A stretch of 64,000 nucleotides of DNA from an uncultured Candidatus Saccharibacteria bacterium. GTDB lineage: Bacteria; Patescibacteriota; Doudnabacteria; UBA920. The notes beneath the pieces are model-generated. The model did not search any database. It had not been told where the DNA came from and saw nothing but the letters and a program-made list of their open reading frames with translations. Position 1 is the first letter of the stretch; each line of letters opens with the position of its first letter. This document shows, in pieces, positions 37,883 through 47,459 of this stretch. Location of the stretch: contig CAYJQY010000006.1 of the NCBI GenBank assembly GCA_964372905.1, positions 113-64,112 of the forward strand, in the 5' to 3' direction. Made by a program: the position numbers and the translations under genes.

Positions 37883-39238
37883 ATGAAAAATTTACCTCTC
37901 CTCACCCTTACATCCAAGCCCGCGTTCATCAGATTCGATACTAAACTCGACTTTTTTGACCTGTTCAAAAAAATTGAAGCGCAGTATGAAATTTGCTTCA
38001 TCCTTGAATCGCTCATCGAAAATGCCGAAGGCCGCTATTCCCTCATTGGATTCGCGCCGGATACAATCATCCGCGCCCGCGGAAACAACCTGTTCATCGG
38101 CTCAAAAAAATATGCCATCAGCAACCCCTACGCAGCTCTGCGGCAAATCATGCCCATTCAGCCATCGACTCAACATTATACTGGCGGCTTGGTCGGATAC
38201 ATGAGCTATGAAGCGGCTAACTACTTTGAGCCAGCCCTAAAACTGAAAACCCACCCCGACTTCGACCCGATCTGCTTCGGCTTTTACACTGACGGCCTTA
38301 TGCTCGATAAATTCACTGATGAAATTTCCTATTTTTACCATAACAAAAACCGTCTGACCAAAATTAAAAAATTGCTAGCTGCAACGGCAAAGTCGGATAA
38401 AAAAACCGTAGTCAAAAAAAATAACCAAAGCCTGTCCAAAGCTAGGCATCGCCGCCAGGTCGAAAAAGTTTTGCGGGAGATCCGGGCGGGCAATGCTTTT
38501 CAGTGCGAAGTCGGTATCCGCACCAGCTACTCTATCACCGGTCCGACCATCCCCCTCTACGAAACCCTGCGCCAAGTCAGCCCTGCGCCGTACATGTACT
38601 ATATAAAATTCGGAGATAAAAAATTAATCGGCTCAAGCCCCGAACTATTATTCAGTATCAACGGCAAAGAAATGGCGACATTCCCCCTGGCCGGTACCGT
38701 AAAAAGGGGGCAAACCGCCAGCCAGGACAAAAATAATGCCCGAGACTTGCTCCACGATCCCAAAGAACGAGCCGAACACGCCATGTTAGTTGACCTCCAC
38801 CGCAATGACCTGGGGCGGGTGGCCAAATTCGGCACAGTCAACCTGCGACGCTTCATGGACATCAAACAGTTCAGCCATGTTCAACACCTATCCAGTGAAA
38901 TCACCGGAATTATTAAAAACGGGGCAGATATGTTCTCCGGCCTCGCCAGTTGTTTCCCGGCGGGGACCTTGACCGGTGCGCCAAAAATAGAAGTTATGAA
39001 AATTATTGACCGCAACGAGCACAGCGGACGCGGGCCCTACGGGGGCGCAGCCGGCTATTTTGGCTTTAACGGCAATTGCGCCTTTGCTATTCCCATCCGC
39101 AGCCTGTTCATTTCCGGATCAAAAGGTTATATCCAAGCTTCCGGCGGCATTGTCTATGATTCCACGCCCGAACGTGAATACCAAGAAATCCAAAATAAAC
39201 TGGCCGGATTAAACCTCATGCTTGATCAATTTAGATAA
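37883..39238 (+). CDS. trpE: anthranilate synthase component I
   Basis: A chorismate-binding C-terminal domain (GGAAGYFGFNG, ...G.VYDS.PE.E..E) and an N-terminal LES Trp-feedback motif are present. It is followed by trpG and trpD. The ORF track starts at TTG 37844, but ATG 37883 is preferred. Confidence 0.88.
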   Translation: MKNLPLLTLTSKPAFIRFDTKLDFFDLFKKIEAQYEICFILESLIENAEGRYSLIGFAPDTIIRARGNNLFIGSKKYAISNPYAALRQIMPIQPSTQHYTGGLVGYMSYEAANYFEPALKLKTHPDFDPICFGFYTDGLMLDKFTDEISYFYHNKNRLTKIKKLLAATAKSDKKTVVKKNNQSLSKARHRRQVEKVLREIRAGNAFQCEVGIRTSYSITGPTIPLYETLRQVSPAPYMYYIKFGDKKLIGSSPELLFSINGKEMATFPLAGTVKRGQTASQDKNNARDLLHDPKERAEHAMLVDLHRNDLGRVAKFGTVNLRRFMDIKQFSHVQHLSSEITGIIKNGADMFSGLASCFPAGTLTGAPKIEVMKIIDRNEHSGRGPYGGAAGYFGFNGNCAFAIPIRSLFISGSKGYIQASGGIVYDSTPEREYQEIQNKLAGLNLMLDQFR

Positions 39239-39243
39239 AACAT

Positions 39244-39858
39244 ATGAAAATTCTCCTGATCGACAACTACGATTCGTTTACCTATAACCTCTACCAGCTG
39301 GCGGGCGAACTGTTGGAAAACCGAGGCAAGCCGTTTGTCTTGGATGTTGTTAGAAACGATGCCATTACAGCAAAAACGATTCGTGATAAAGGCTACGACA
39401 GGATTATCATTTCCCCCGGACCGGGCGATCCGGCTGATGAATCTTATTTTGGGATCTGCAGACAGGTACTGCTCCAGATTGGTCAAACCACACCAGTATT
39501 GGGTATTTGTCTAGGCATGCAGGGACTAGCTCATTGTTACGGCGGTAAGGTTACCAAAGCGCCCATCCCCATGCACGGAAAAACCAGCCAGATCTGCCAT
39601 AATAGCAGCGGCGTCTTTGCCGGCCTGCCGGACAATCTCGAAGTCATGCGCTATCATTCTCTCATAGTTGATAAACGCTCCCTCCCCGCCTCGCTGGCCA
39701 TTACGGCCGAAACCACAGATAACAACAAAGAAATTATGGGGCTGAAGCACAAAAAATATCCCATTGAAGGCGTCCAGTTCCATCCTGAATCATTTGCCAC
39801 CGAATACGGCGCGCGCCTGCTGGAAAACTTTTTATCAAACCCTTTAACCCAGAAATAA
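39244..39858 (+). CDS. trpG: anthranilate synthase component II (glutamine amidotransferase)
   Basis: Class I GATase triad context: GICLGMQ, and HPE near the C-terminus. Confidence 0.88.
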   Translation: MKILLIDNYDSFTYNLYQLAGELLENRGKPFVLDVVRNDAITAKTIRDKGYDRIIISPGPGDPADESYFGICRQVLLQIGQTTPVLGICLGMQGLAHCYGGKVTKAPIPMHGKTSQICHNSSGVFAGLPDNLEVMRYHSLIVDKRSLPASLAITAETTDNNKEIMGLKHKKYPIEGVQFHPESFATEYGARLLENFLSNPLTQK

Positions 39859-40863
39859 ATGCATCCCCTGCTATACAAACTGCAACTGGGTGAGAGGCTG
39901 GATTTTAGCCAAGCTCGCCAGCTGCAATCAGAAATCCTAAACGGGTCAATACTGACCGATGTATTACTTGATATTCTGCGAGCGTTCAACCGTACCTTAA
40001 CACCCGATGAATTTGCCGGACTGTTTGCCGCTTCCGAGGAAGCCATGATTCCGGTAGCGGCTAAAGTCCAAGCTCTCGATACTTGCGGCACCGGCGGTGA
40101 TGGCCACAATACCTTTAATATCTCCACGGCCGCGGCAATCATTTGCGCCGGGGCCGGAGTCGCGGTCGCTAAACACGGCAACCGGTCGGCCAGCAGTTTA
40201 TGCGGCAGCGCCGATGTCCTGGAAGCGCTCGGCGTAGATATTAACTTAAGTCCATTCCTAGCAGCCCAATATTTACAACCGGGCGCTATGGTGTTTTTAT
40301 TTGCGCGTTCATTCAATCCAGCATTCAAACATGCGGCAGAAGCGCGCAAACAATTTAACAAGCCGACCTATTTCAATTTCCTCGGTCCCCTGCTTAATCC
40401 AGCCCACGCGCCCTCCCGGTTACTCGGCGTCGCCGACCCGAGCATGATAGAAATTATGGGCCAAACTTTAATTCAATCAGGAGTGAAACGGGCCTGGCTA
40501 TTCCACAGCCAGGACGAATTAGACGAAATCAGCACTGCTGGACCAACCACGATTTATGATTTTTCTGCCTCAAGGGCCCCAAAGGTTTTTTTGCTTGATC
40601 CTCAAGCTTACGACCTACCGGCCTATGCTATTGCAGATTTGGCTGGCGGCACGGCTGAAACGAATGCTGAAATAATTAGAAGCATTATGAAAAACCGGGC
40701 CACCGATGCACAAAAGACTGCAGCCATATTAAATGCGGCGGCGGGTTTAGTAGTCGCCGGTAAAGCTCAAAATTTTGGCCAAGGCCTGGAATTAGCAGAA
40801 AAATCTTTGCAAAGCGGCGCGGCGAACAAAGCGTTACAGACCCTAATTAATATTGGAAAATAG
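39859..40863 (+). CDS. trpD: anthranilate phosphoribosyltransferase
   Basis: GTGGDG motif, KHGNRS, and the overall TrpD glycosyltransferase family 3 pattern. Confidence 0.9.
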   Translation: MHPLLYKLQLGERLDFSQARQLQSEILNGSILTDVLLDILRAFNRTLTPDEFAGLFAASEEAMIPVAAKVQALDTCGTGGDGHNTFNISTAAAIICAGAGVAVAKHGNRSASSLCGSADVLEALGVDINLSPFLAAQYLQPGAMVFLFARSFNPAFKHAAEARKQFNKPTYFNFLGPLLNPAHAPSRLLGVADPSMIEIMGQTLIQSGVKRAWLFHSQDELDEISTAGPTTIYDFSASRAPKVFLLDPQAYDLPAYAIADLAGGTAETNAEIIRSIMKNRATDAQKTAAILNAAAGLVVAGKAQNFGQGLELAEKSLQSGAANKALQTLINIGK

Positions 40864-41629
40864 TATGGACCTGCTTCAACAAATTATAACGACAAAGCGA
40901 CAGGAAATTGCCGCGGCAAAAAAACTTAGGCCGCCTAAAGTTTTGCAAAGTCTAATACCTTCAAACAGCTCGGGTCGCAACCACATGCGCAAAAAAAATA
41001 AGATGCAATTAATTGCCGAAATTAAAGCCAAGAGTCCGAGCAAAGGCATTATCCGTCCAAAATTTAATCCGGTCGAATTGGCAAAGGAGTTCGAAAATAG
41101 CGGAGCCAATGCCATTTCTGTTTTGACTGATGAAACTTATTTTGGCGGGAGCCTACAGGTCTTAGAACAAATTCGATTTACAACTCAACTCCCTCTCCTC
41201 CGTAAAGATTTTCTCATTGATCCCTATCAATTGCTTGAGACTAAAGCTTATGGAGCTGATATAGTCCTGCTGATAGCGCGCATACTGGACGATAATCTAC
41301 CCACCTTTTTAGCAATCAGCCAAGAACTCGGATTGCAACCATTGATTGAAGTCCATACCCAAGCAGAATTAACCCAGGTATTGAAACAAGTGAAACCAAA
41401 CGAAACTATTATGGTCGGGGTAAACAATCGCGATCTCAATTCATTCGCTACCGACATGAATATCAGCCTGCAATTAGCCGAACATATTCCCGCCCCATTT
41501 ATTAAAGTATCTGAAAGCGGCATTCATGGCCAGGCAACTTTGAAATTGCTGGCGCAGGCCGGTTTCGATGCCGTACTCATCGGAGAGGGGCTGGCGCAGA
41601 ATCCAACATTAACGACATTCCTTCAATAA
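40853..41629 (+). CDS. trpC: indole-3-glycerol phosphate synthase
   Basis: [12 protein letters not shown] and [11 protein letters not shown] match the IGPS TIM barrel. Confidence 0.88.
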   Translation: MENSMDLLQQIITTKRQEIAAAKKLRPPKVLQSLIPSNSSGRNHMRKKNKMQLIAEIKAKSPSKGIIRPKFNPVELAKEFENSGANAISVLTDETYFGGSLQVLEQIRFTTQLPLLRKDFLIDPYQLLETKAYGADIVLLIARILDDNLPTFLAISQELGLQPLIEVHTQAELTQVLKQVKPNETIMVGVNNRDLNSFATDMNISLQLAEHIPAPFIKVSESGIHGQATLKLLAQAGFDAVLIGEGLAQNPTLTTFLQ

Positions 41630-41630
41630 G

Positions 41631-42821
41631 ATGAACACTACTCATAAACCAGGATACTTTGGCGAATTCGGCGGGCAATATGTTCCGGAAACCCTGATGA
41701 GCGCGCTTGCGGATCTGGAGCAATCTTACCATTCTTATCAAAAAAATAAGCAGGAACAAAAACTGCTTCAGCAACTACTAAAAGACTATGTCGGTCGGCC
41801 GACTCCGCTTTACCATGCCAAACAATTATCAAAACAATTACATGCCGACATCTACCTGAAGCGGGAAGATTTGGCTCATACCGGCGCCCACAAAATCAAC
41901 AATGCACTAGGTCAAGGTTTGCTGGCGCGCTCCATGGGTAAATCCCGGCTCATTGCCGAAACCGGAGCAGGACAACACGGCGTGGCCACTGCTACGATAG
42001 CGGCCAGCCTGGGTATGCGCTGCACCGTGTATATGGGCACGCGCGACATTGAACGGCAGAAACCCAATGTCTTCCGGATGAAACTGCTGGGCGCCGAAGT
42101 AATCCCGGTTCGAGCAGGCAGCCAAATATTAAAAGACGCCATTAATGAAGCCCTTCGCGATTGGATTGCCAACAGAGATAGCACCCACTATCTCTTAGGT
42201 TCAGTGCTTGGCCCTCACCCCTACCCAACCATAGTTAGAGATTTTCAAACAGTTATTGGCAAAGAGGCCCGCAAACAAATTATAGAACAAGTCGGATGTT
42301 TACCCGACTACCTCATTGCCTGTGTCGGGGGAGGCAGCAATGCCATTGGCTTATTCCACCGGTTTCTCAAGGATCGCGAAGTCCAAATGATAGGGGTGGA
42401 AGCAGGAGGTCTGGGAATAGCTTCCGGGCAGCACGCCGCGCGGTTTGCCGGCGGTAAAACCGGCATTTTGCACGGAACAAAATCTTATGTGCTTCAAGAC
42501 TCCTATGGCCAAATTAAAGAAACGCATAGTGTGTCGGCCGGACTTGATTATCCCAGCATTGGACCCGAACACAGTTTTCTCCATCGCATAAAAAGAATTA
42601 AATATATCCAGGCTACCGACCAACAGGCCTTGCAAGCCTTTTCACTACTGTCCAGGACCGAGGGGATTATTTCTGCTTTGGAATCCGCGCATGCTATTGC
42701 TGGCGCCGTCAAAATGCATCGCCAGTTCAAAAAAAGCACACGGCGTCCTCTAGTAATCATCAACCTTTCCGGCCGAGGAGATAAAGATTTGGATACCGCC
42801 ATTAAACATTTATCTTTATGA
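41631..42821 (+). CDS. trpB: tryptophan synthase beta chain
   Basis: The PLP-lysine region [10 protein letters not shown] and GGGSNA are present. Confidence 0.93.
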   Translation: MNTTHKPGYFGEFGGQYVPETLMSALADLEQSYHSYQKNKQEQKLLQQLLKDYVGRPTPLYHAKQLSKQLHADIYLKREDLAHTGAHKINNALGQGLLARSMGKSRLIAETGAGQHGVATATIAASLGMRCTVYMGTRDIERQKPNVFRMKLLGAEVIPVRAGSQILKDAINEALRDWIANRDSTHYLLGSVLGPHPYPTIVRDFQTVIGKEARKQIIEQVGCLPDYLIACVGGGSNAIGLFHRFLKDREVQMIGVEAGGLGIASGQHAARFAGGKTGILHGTKSYVLQDSYGQIKETHSVSAGLDYPSIGPEHSFLHRIKRIKYIQATDQQALQAFSLLSRTEGIISALESAHAIAGAVKMHRQFKKSTRRPLVIINLSGRGDKDLDTAIKHLSL

Positions 42822-43618
42822 ACCGGATCACCAATACTTTTGACCAGCTGCAAAAAAATTCACAAACGGCTTTTATGCCTTTTGTGGTAGCCGGGGATCC
42901 AAATTTTTCTACTAGCCTCAAAATTCTCCGGCTGCTCACCCGATCGGCGGATGTTTTAGAAATCGGCTTCCCCTACTCTGACCCGTTAGCCGATGGCCCT
43001 ACCATTCAAGCAGCAGACGAACGGGCACTAAAATCCAGTATGAATACAGATAAAGTGTTTGATTTAATTCTAGCGGTCAGAAAATCGACTTCCATCCCGA
43101 TTAGCGTGCTCGTCTACGCCAATTTGGTTTTTCGATACGGTATCAATCGGTTCTACCAGCGGGCCAAACAAGTTGGCATTGACGGAATCCTCATTCCTGA
43201 TATTCCCGTGGAAGAATCAGCGCCATACTTAAAGGCAGCCAAAAAATACGGCATTGACCAAATTTTCCTGGTTACCCCGACTACTTCACCACACAGATTG
43301 AAAAAGATTCTCGCTGTAGCCCAGGGCTATATCTATCTTGTTTCGCTGCTGGGCGTTACCGGAGCCCGCACAAAACTTCATCCGTCGACATTACGACTGA
43401 TCAAAAAAATTAAGAAACAAACTCAACTCCCAGTAGCGGTTGGATTCGGCATTTCAACTGCTGATCATGTAAAAGCCGTCACAAAAGTCGGTGTAAATGG
43501 ATACATAATCGGCAGCGCCCTTATCAACATCATCGGCAAGCACGGCAAAAATAGATCCTTATTTCCAGCAATCAAGCGGTATATACAAACCGTAACTTCA
43601 CCAAGTCATGGCTCCTAA
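42818..43618 (+). CDS. trpA: tryptophan synthase alpha chain
   Basis: [28 protein letters not shown] and GFGIS motifs. Confidence 0.9.
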   Translation: MNRITNTFDQLQKNSQTAFMPFVVAGDPNFSTSLKILRLLTRSADVLEIGFPYSDPLADGPTIQAADERALKSSMNTDKVFDLILAVRKSTSIPISVLVYANLVFRYGINRFYQRAKQVGIDGILIPDIPVEESAPYLKAAKKYGIDQIFLVTPTTSPHRLKKILAVAQGYIYLVSLLGVTGARTKLHPSTLRLIKKIKKQTQLPVAVGFGISTADHVKAVTKVGVNGYIIGSALINIIGKHGKNRSLFPAIKRYIQTVTSPSHGS

Positions 43619-44231
43619 AGTAAAAATCTGCGGGGTGCGCACTATCAACGCCGCCCAAACAGTCGAAGCTTGCGCCGGAGATTTTATCGGCCTGAATTTT
43701 GTGCCCAGTTCCAAACGTTTTGTTAGCATCGAGCAAGCTAAAAATATAATTGACGCTCTTCCTGTGGAGCGAAAAGTAAAAATTGTTGGCGTATTTAAAG
43801 ACCAGTCATTATCTGCAATCCAGACTGTGCTTAATCAAATCCCTCTAGACTTCGTTCAGCTCCACGGACAAGAAGATCCAGAATTCTGCTCGCAAATATC
43901 CCTGCCCGTAATTAAGGCTTTTGCTTTACCGGCCAATTTTGATATAGAAACTCTTAAACAAAAGATGGCTCAATACAAGATGGCCATATACTTAGTCGAT
44001 CGCCAAGTCCTCGGGCAAGGACAATCACTTAATACCGGTAGAGTGAAACAACTAACGAATGAGTTCCCCATTATGTTAGCCGGCGGGTTAAGCCCCGAAA
44101 ACATTGCCGAAATTTTAGCCCAGGTCAACCCCTACGCAGTAGATGCCGCGGGAGGCGTAGAGACTCATGGTCAACAAAATGAACAAAAAATCATACAATT
44201 CATACAAAAGGCTAAAGGAAAGCTGGGCTAG
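43608..44231 (+). CDS. trpF: phosphoribosylanthranilate isomerase
   Basis: KICGVRT, DFIGLNF and VQLHG motifs of the PRAI TIM barrel; last gene of the trp operon. Confidence 0.85.
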   Translation: MAPKVKICGVRTINAAQTVEACAGDFIGLNFVPSSKRFVSIEQAKNIIDALPVERKVKIVGVFKDQSLSAIQTVLNQIPLDFVQLHGQEDPEFCSQISLPVIKAFALPANFDIETLKQKMAQYKMAIYLVDRQVLGQGQSLNTGRVKQLTNEFPIMLAGGLSPENIAEILAQVNPYAVDAAGGVETHGQQNEQKIIQFIQKAKGKLG

Positions 44232-44286
44232 ACCGGAGATCTATAATCTGTGGGTCTGAAATTGAACTCATGGTAAGATATATATT

Positions 44287-44973
44287 ATGCGCCAGCGTAT
44301 CCAAAAATTTTTGAGCAGCCAGGGGGTGGCCTCACGGCGGAAAGCCGAAGAGTTTATCAAATCCAAGCAAGTTATCATAAATAGCCGCATAGCTAAGCTC
44401 GGCGACACAGTTGATCCGGAAAAAGATGAAATCAAAGTCTACGGCAAAATTATCAAACCGACCGCTCAAAAAATTTATATCGCGCTATATAAACCGCGCG
44501 GCTTCGTGGTCAGCAAACGCGACCCACAGGGCCGCAAGACAGTTTTTTCACTCCTGCCTCCCGAACTCCGCGGCAAAGTCTGGAATGTCGGCCGGCTTGA
44601 CTATGGCAGCGAAGGTTTGTTCATCTTAACCAACGATGGCGAACTAACCCAGCAACTGGCCCATCCTAAATACGAACACGACAAAGAATACCAAGTTACC
44701 ACAAGCGCCGCGCCAACAGAAAACCAACTTGAACAACTCCGCAGCGGCGTGGATATTGCCACCGGCACCACGGCCCCAGCCCAGGTAAAAGTGCGCAACA
44801 ACAAAATCCACATCACCATCCATGAAGGCAAGAAACGGCAAATCCGGCGCATGTTTGATGCCGTAGGCTTGGACGTGAAAGAATTGGTGCGCGTTCGCAT
44901 TAATAAACTACAGATACCGCCGGACCTCAAGCCCGGCGAATATCGCATTATTAAACGCGAAGAAATTTTATAA
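44287..44973 (+). CDS. S4-domain pseudouridine synthase (RsuA/RluB family)
   Basis: An N-terminal S4 motif (RIQKFLSSQGVASRRKAEEFIKSKQVIIN) is followed by the catalytic Asp region GRLDYGSEGLFILTNDG. Confidence 0.85.
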   Translation: MRQRIQKFLSSQGVASRRKAEEFIKSKQVIINSRIAKLGDTVDPEKDEIKVYGKIIKPTAQKIYIALYKPRGFVVSKRDPQGRKTVFSLLPPELRGKVWNVGRLDYGSEGLFILTNDGELTQQLAHPKYEHDKEYQVTTSAAPTENQLEQLRSGVDIATGTTAPAQVKVRNNKIHITIHEGKKRQIRRMFDAVGLDVKELVRVRINKLQIPPDLKPGEYRIIKREEIL

Positions 44974-45036
44974 TAATGTCAGGCGATTGGGATCATAGCA
45001 TCAACAATGTCGATACAACTAAAAAACCGCCATTGT

Positions 45037-45066
45037 CGTATGGCGGTAAACTCTAAAATAACTGTA
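45037..45066 (-). terminator. rho-independent terminator downstream of DUF1003 gene
   Basis: Minus strand accgccau-acgaca-auggcggu followed by uuuuuu. Confidence 0.55.
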
Positions 45067-45231
45067 TGAACTGGAAAAAAGATGTGGCGCCGGCGCAAAT
45101 AGCTTTAGTGGCAATCTTTTTAGTCCTCGTCGCTATTACTCTAGCCTACTTGGCCGCGGGCTGGAAATTGCGCCCGGCCAACGACCTAGAGGTCCATACC
45201 CGGAAACTTGGACCTGGTACGAAGCCTTAAA

Positions 45232-45696
45232 CTACTTTTGCTGCGATTTCAGGAGCTCAATATCCTGAATTAATTTCTGCAGCCCCGCTTCAATGCGGTC
45301 AATGGCAACCTTGGCCTGTACGTCCGCTGCCTCTTCCTCGTCATCATCTTCGGACAGCTCCACAATATCTTCCTGAATTTCATCAACATCTTTTTCCAAG
45401 CTTTCAACGTCTTCCTGAATTTCATCAATATTTTCCTCAACCTCTTCCAAGCTCTGGGTGTTGCGGTTGACCGTCATCTGAATGAAAATGGCGAGATAGA
45501 TGGCTTCCAGCGACACCGCGGTAGTCAAAATAAGCAAAACCTCTTCAGTGGTAACGCCGTAGAGACGCAGGGCAAAAATCGCAATAAACAAAACGCTGTG
45601 GACAATAATGGAATTTGTTGAACCGATCCATTCAGTCCATTTGAGAGCCAGCCGTTCGGGGCCGGAAAGCGGCTTTTTTGACTGTAGCGGGGTCAT
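45232..45696 (-). CDS. DUF1003-family membrane protein with acidic coiled-coil tail
   Basis: Two TM helices (IIVHSVLFIAIFAL..., LLILTTAVSLEAIYLAIFI) are followed by a Glu/Asp-rich heptad tail (EENIDEIQEDVESLEKDVDEIQEDIVELSEDDDEEE). Confidence 0.55.
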   Translation of the reverse strand: MTPLQSKKPLSGPERLALKWTEWIGSTNSIIVHSVLFIAIFALRLYGVTTEEVLLILTTAVSLEAIYLAIFIQMTVNRNTQSLEEVEENIDEIQEDVESLEKDVDEIQEDIVELSEDDDEEEAADVQAKVAIDRIEAGLQKLIQDIELLKSQQK

Positions 45697-45828
45697 ATTT
45701 TTAAAACTATGGCGCTTGCGGGCGCGAAATAAAAAAATTACTTTAAGCTATTCAGTAATTTCTTTCTATATTATAGCACTTTGCGGCAAAAGAATCAATG
45801 CCCTATAATACGTCATGGGCGTTAGCAG

Positions 45829-45903
45829 GTCCCCGTGGTGAAATGGATATCACGACAGTCTTCGGAACTGTTGTTGGGGGTTCGAATCCCTCCGGGGACA
45901 CCA
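45829..45903 (+). tRNA. tRNA-Arg (anticodon TCG)
   Basis: Acceptor GTCCCCG/CGGGGAC and D-arm GTGAAATGGATATCAC (argW-like). The anticodon stem ACAGT/ACTGT has loop CTTCGGA, and the CCA is encoded. TTGCGG-17-TATAAT lies upstream. Confidence 0.8.
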
Positions 45904-45964
45904 GGAATCAAGCTGTCGTTGAAAAATTTTATAGGTTATAATAAACTATCTATGTTGAAAATAC

Positions 45965-46040
45965 GGGTCGGTAGCTCAGCTGGCAGAGCAGTCCGCTCTT
46001 AACGGAAAGCGCGTGGGTTCGAATCCCACCCGACCCACCA
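45965..46040 (+). tRNA. tRNA-Lys (anticodon CTT)
   Basis: Acceptor GGGTCGG/CCGACCC and D-arm GCTCAGCTGGCAGAGC. The anticodon loop is CTCTTAA, the T-arm is GTGGGTTCGAATCCCAC, and the CCA is encoded. It resembles E. coli tRNA-Lys. Confidence 0.8.
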
Positions 46041-46051
46041 AAAGGAAATAA

Positions 46052-46336
46052 CTACTGAAACGGATCAGCTACAGTCGCGGGCGGGTTCTGGGAACTAACT
46101 TCCTGGCCCGCCTCGATTATTTTTACCGCTTCATCGTAGGCGGTAAAATTGACCCGCACCGACCGGCTGGGAAAAGGCACCGGCGGCTCCCCGCGCAAAC
46201 CCGGCATAATGGCAAGCGACCGCCACAGGACCAGAACTTCCAGAACCAGTAACACGATTAATACAATCCAAAATAACGACGTAGCGTTACGTTTGAATCG
46301 GGCGATTAAATCGGAAAAAGACAGATTAAACTTCAT
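46052..46336 (-). CDS. small single-TM protein of the pilus assembly cluster (PilP-like?)
   Basis: 94 aa with an N-terminal TM helix, translationally coupled downstream of pilO; no recognised motif. Confidence 0.35.
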   Translation of the reverse strand: MKFNLSFSDLIARFKRNATSLFWIVLIVLLVLEVLVLWRSLAIMPGLRGEPPVPFPSRSVRVNFTAYDEAVKIIEAGQEVSSQNPPATVADPFQ

Positions 46337-46878
46337 TTGGTGATAAAAAATGTGGCGTTAAAAACAGCCGTGACGTCGTCGCCTTGCGAGTTTATCGCAA
46401 TTGTTTTTACGTGGGTGACAAAACTCAAGCGTTCCATAGTCTCGAGAAACGCCACCACGTTCGGAAACGGACCGGTAAGGGTAACGGTATACGGGATACT
46501 CAAAATTTCGCCCTTGACGTTAGGGGTTTTAGCCCCGCTTTGCGCCGTGCCCGAAACACTTAGCCTGAAATCTAAGCCGGTTCCATTCCCTAACGCCTCC
46601 AAGGTCTTAATTTCATTAACCACCCGAACATCTTTGCTAAAAAAGTCATCGGGATGATGGGGCTTTTGCGTTAAAGCATCGATATCCTGCTTGCCGAGCT
46701 GATAATTCCGCAGTTCATTTTGGAGATCGGTGAGCTGCTTGCGCTGGTCAGTTACGGCCAGGGCCAAAGCGGCGTTACTGCGGTCCAACAATTTGAAGCC
46801 GTACAAGAACAACACAAGGCAGCCGACTAGATAGACGGCGGCAAGCGCATAAATTTTTTGCTTATTGGACCAGTTCAT
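46333..46878 (-). CDS. pilO: type IV pilus assembly protein PilO
   Basis: Single N-terminal TM helix, coiled coil, then a ferredoxin-like periplasmic domain; sits in pilM-N-O order. Confidence 0.65.
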   Translation of the reverse strand: MNWSNKQKIYALAAVYLVGCLVLFLYGFKLLDRSNAALALAVTDQRKQLTDLQNELRNYQLGKQDIDALTQKPHHPDDFFSKDVRVVNEIKTLEALGNGTGLDFRLSVSGTAQSGAKTPNVKGEILSIPYTVTLTGPFPNVVAFLETMERLSFVTHVKTIAINSQGDDVTAVFNATFFITK

Positions 46879-47447
46879 GGAATGTCTTTTGCCTGGCTAA
46901 TGAAGCTGTCCTTGATATAAAAAGTGAAGTGAAAAGCTACGTCAGTCGGTTTTTGGACATTTTCCAGGGGGTAATCGATATTCTCGAATTCGGCCCTATC
47001 CTGACTAATATTATTGTACAAGGCAATTACTGCTTCACGCGTCGGGCTAGTGCCCCGAATATCAATCTGCTTTTTGCTCAAATTGCCCTGAAGATTAGTA
47101 ATAACTAAATCTGGGGGCACTTGGGCGGCAAAAGCCCGCAGCACCCGCGACCAGGCGGGAGTGGCATCGATCAATGTTTTAAAATCCGTGATTTCGCTAT
47201 TGATAAAGGCAATCCTTTTTTTAAGTTCAGCATTTTCCTCGCGGTTGGATTGGCGCTTAAGCTGCTCAATCTCTGCGACAATGACGCTCTGCTGCCGCTC
47301 TAAATACAGCTTGGTCACGATTTGACCCACAAAAACCACGGCTACGGTAATTAAGCTCAATTCGATCAATACCACGAAACTGCGAAAAATACCTTCGTAG
47401 TAAAGTTCTTTTTGCTTGTCCTTGGGAAGAAGATTAATGATTTTCAT
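46875..47447 (-). CDS. pilN: type IV pilus assembly protein PilN
   Basis: Short cytoplasmic N-terminus (INLLP motif), one TM helix, a coiled coil and a periplasmic domain. Confidence 0.7.
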   Translation of the reverse strand: MKIINLLPKDKQKELYYEGIFRSFVVLIELSLITVAVVFVGQIVTKLYLERQQSVIVAEIEQLKRQSNREENAELKKRIAFINSEITDFKTLIDATPAWSRVLRAFAAQVPPDLVITNLQGNLSKKQIDIRGTSPTREAVIALYNNISQDRAEFENIDYPLENVQKPTDVAFHFTFYIKDSFISQAKDIP

Positions 47448-47459
47448 ATGTTTCCGAGG

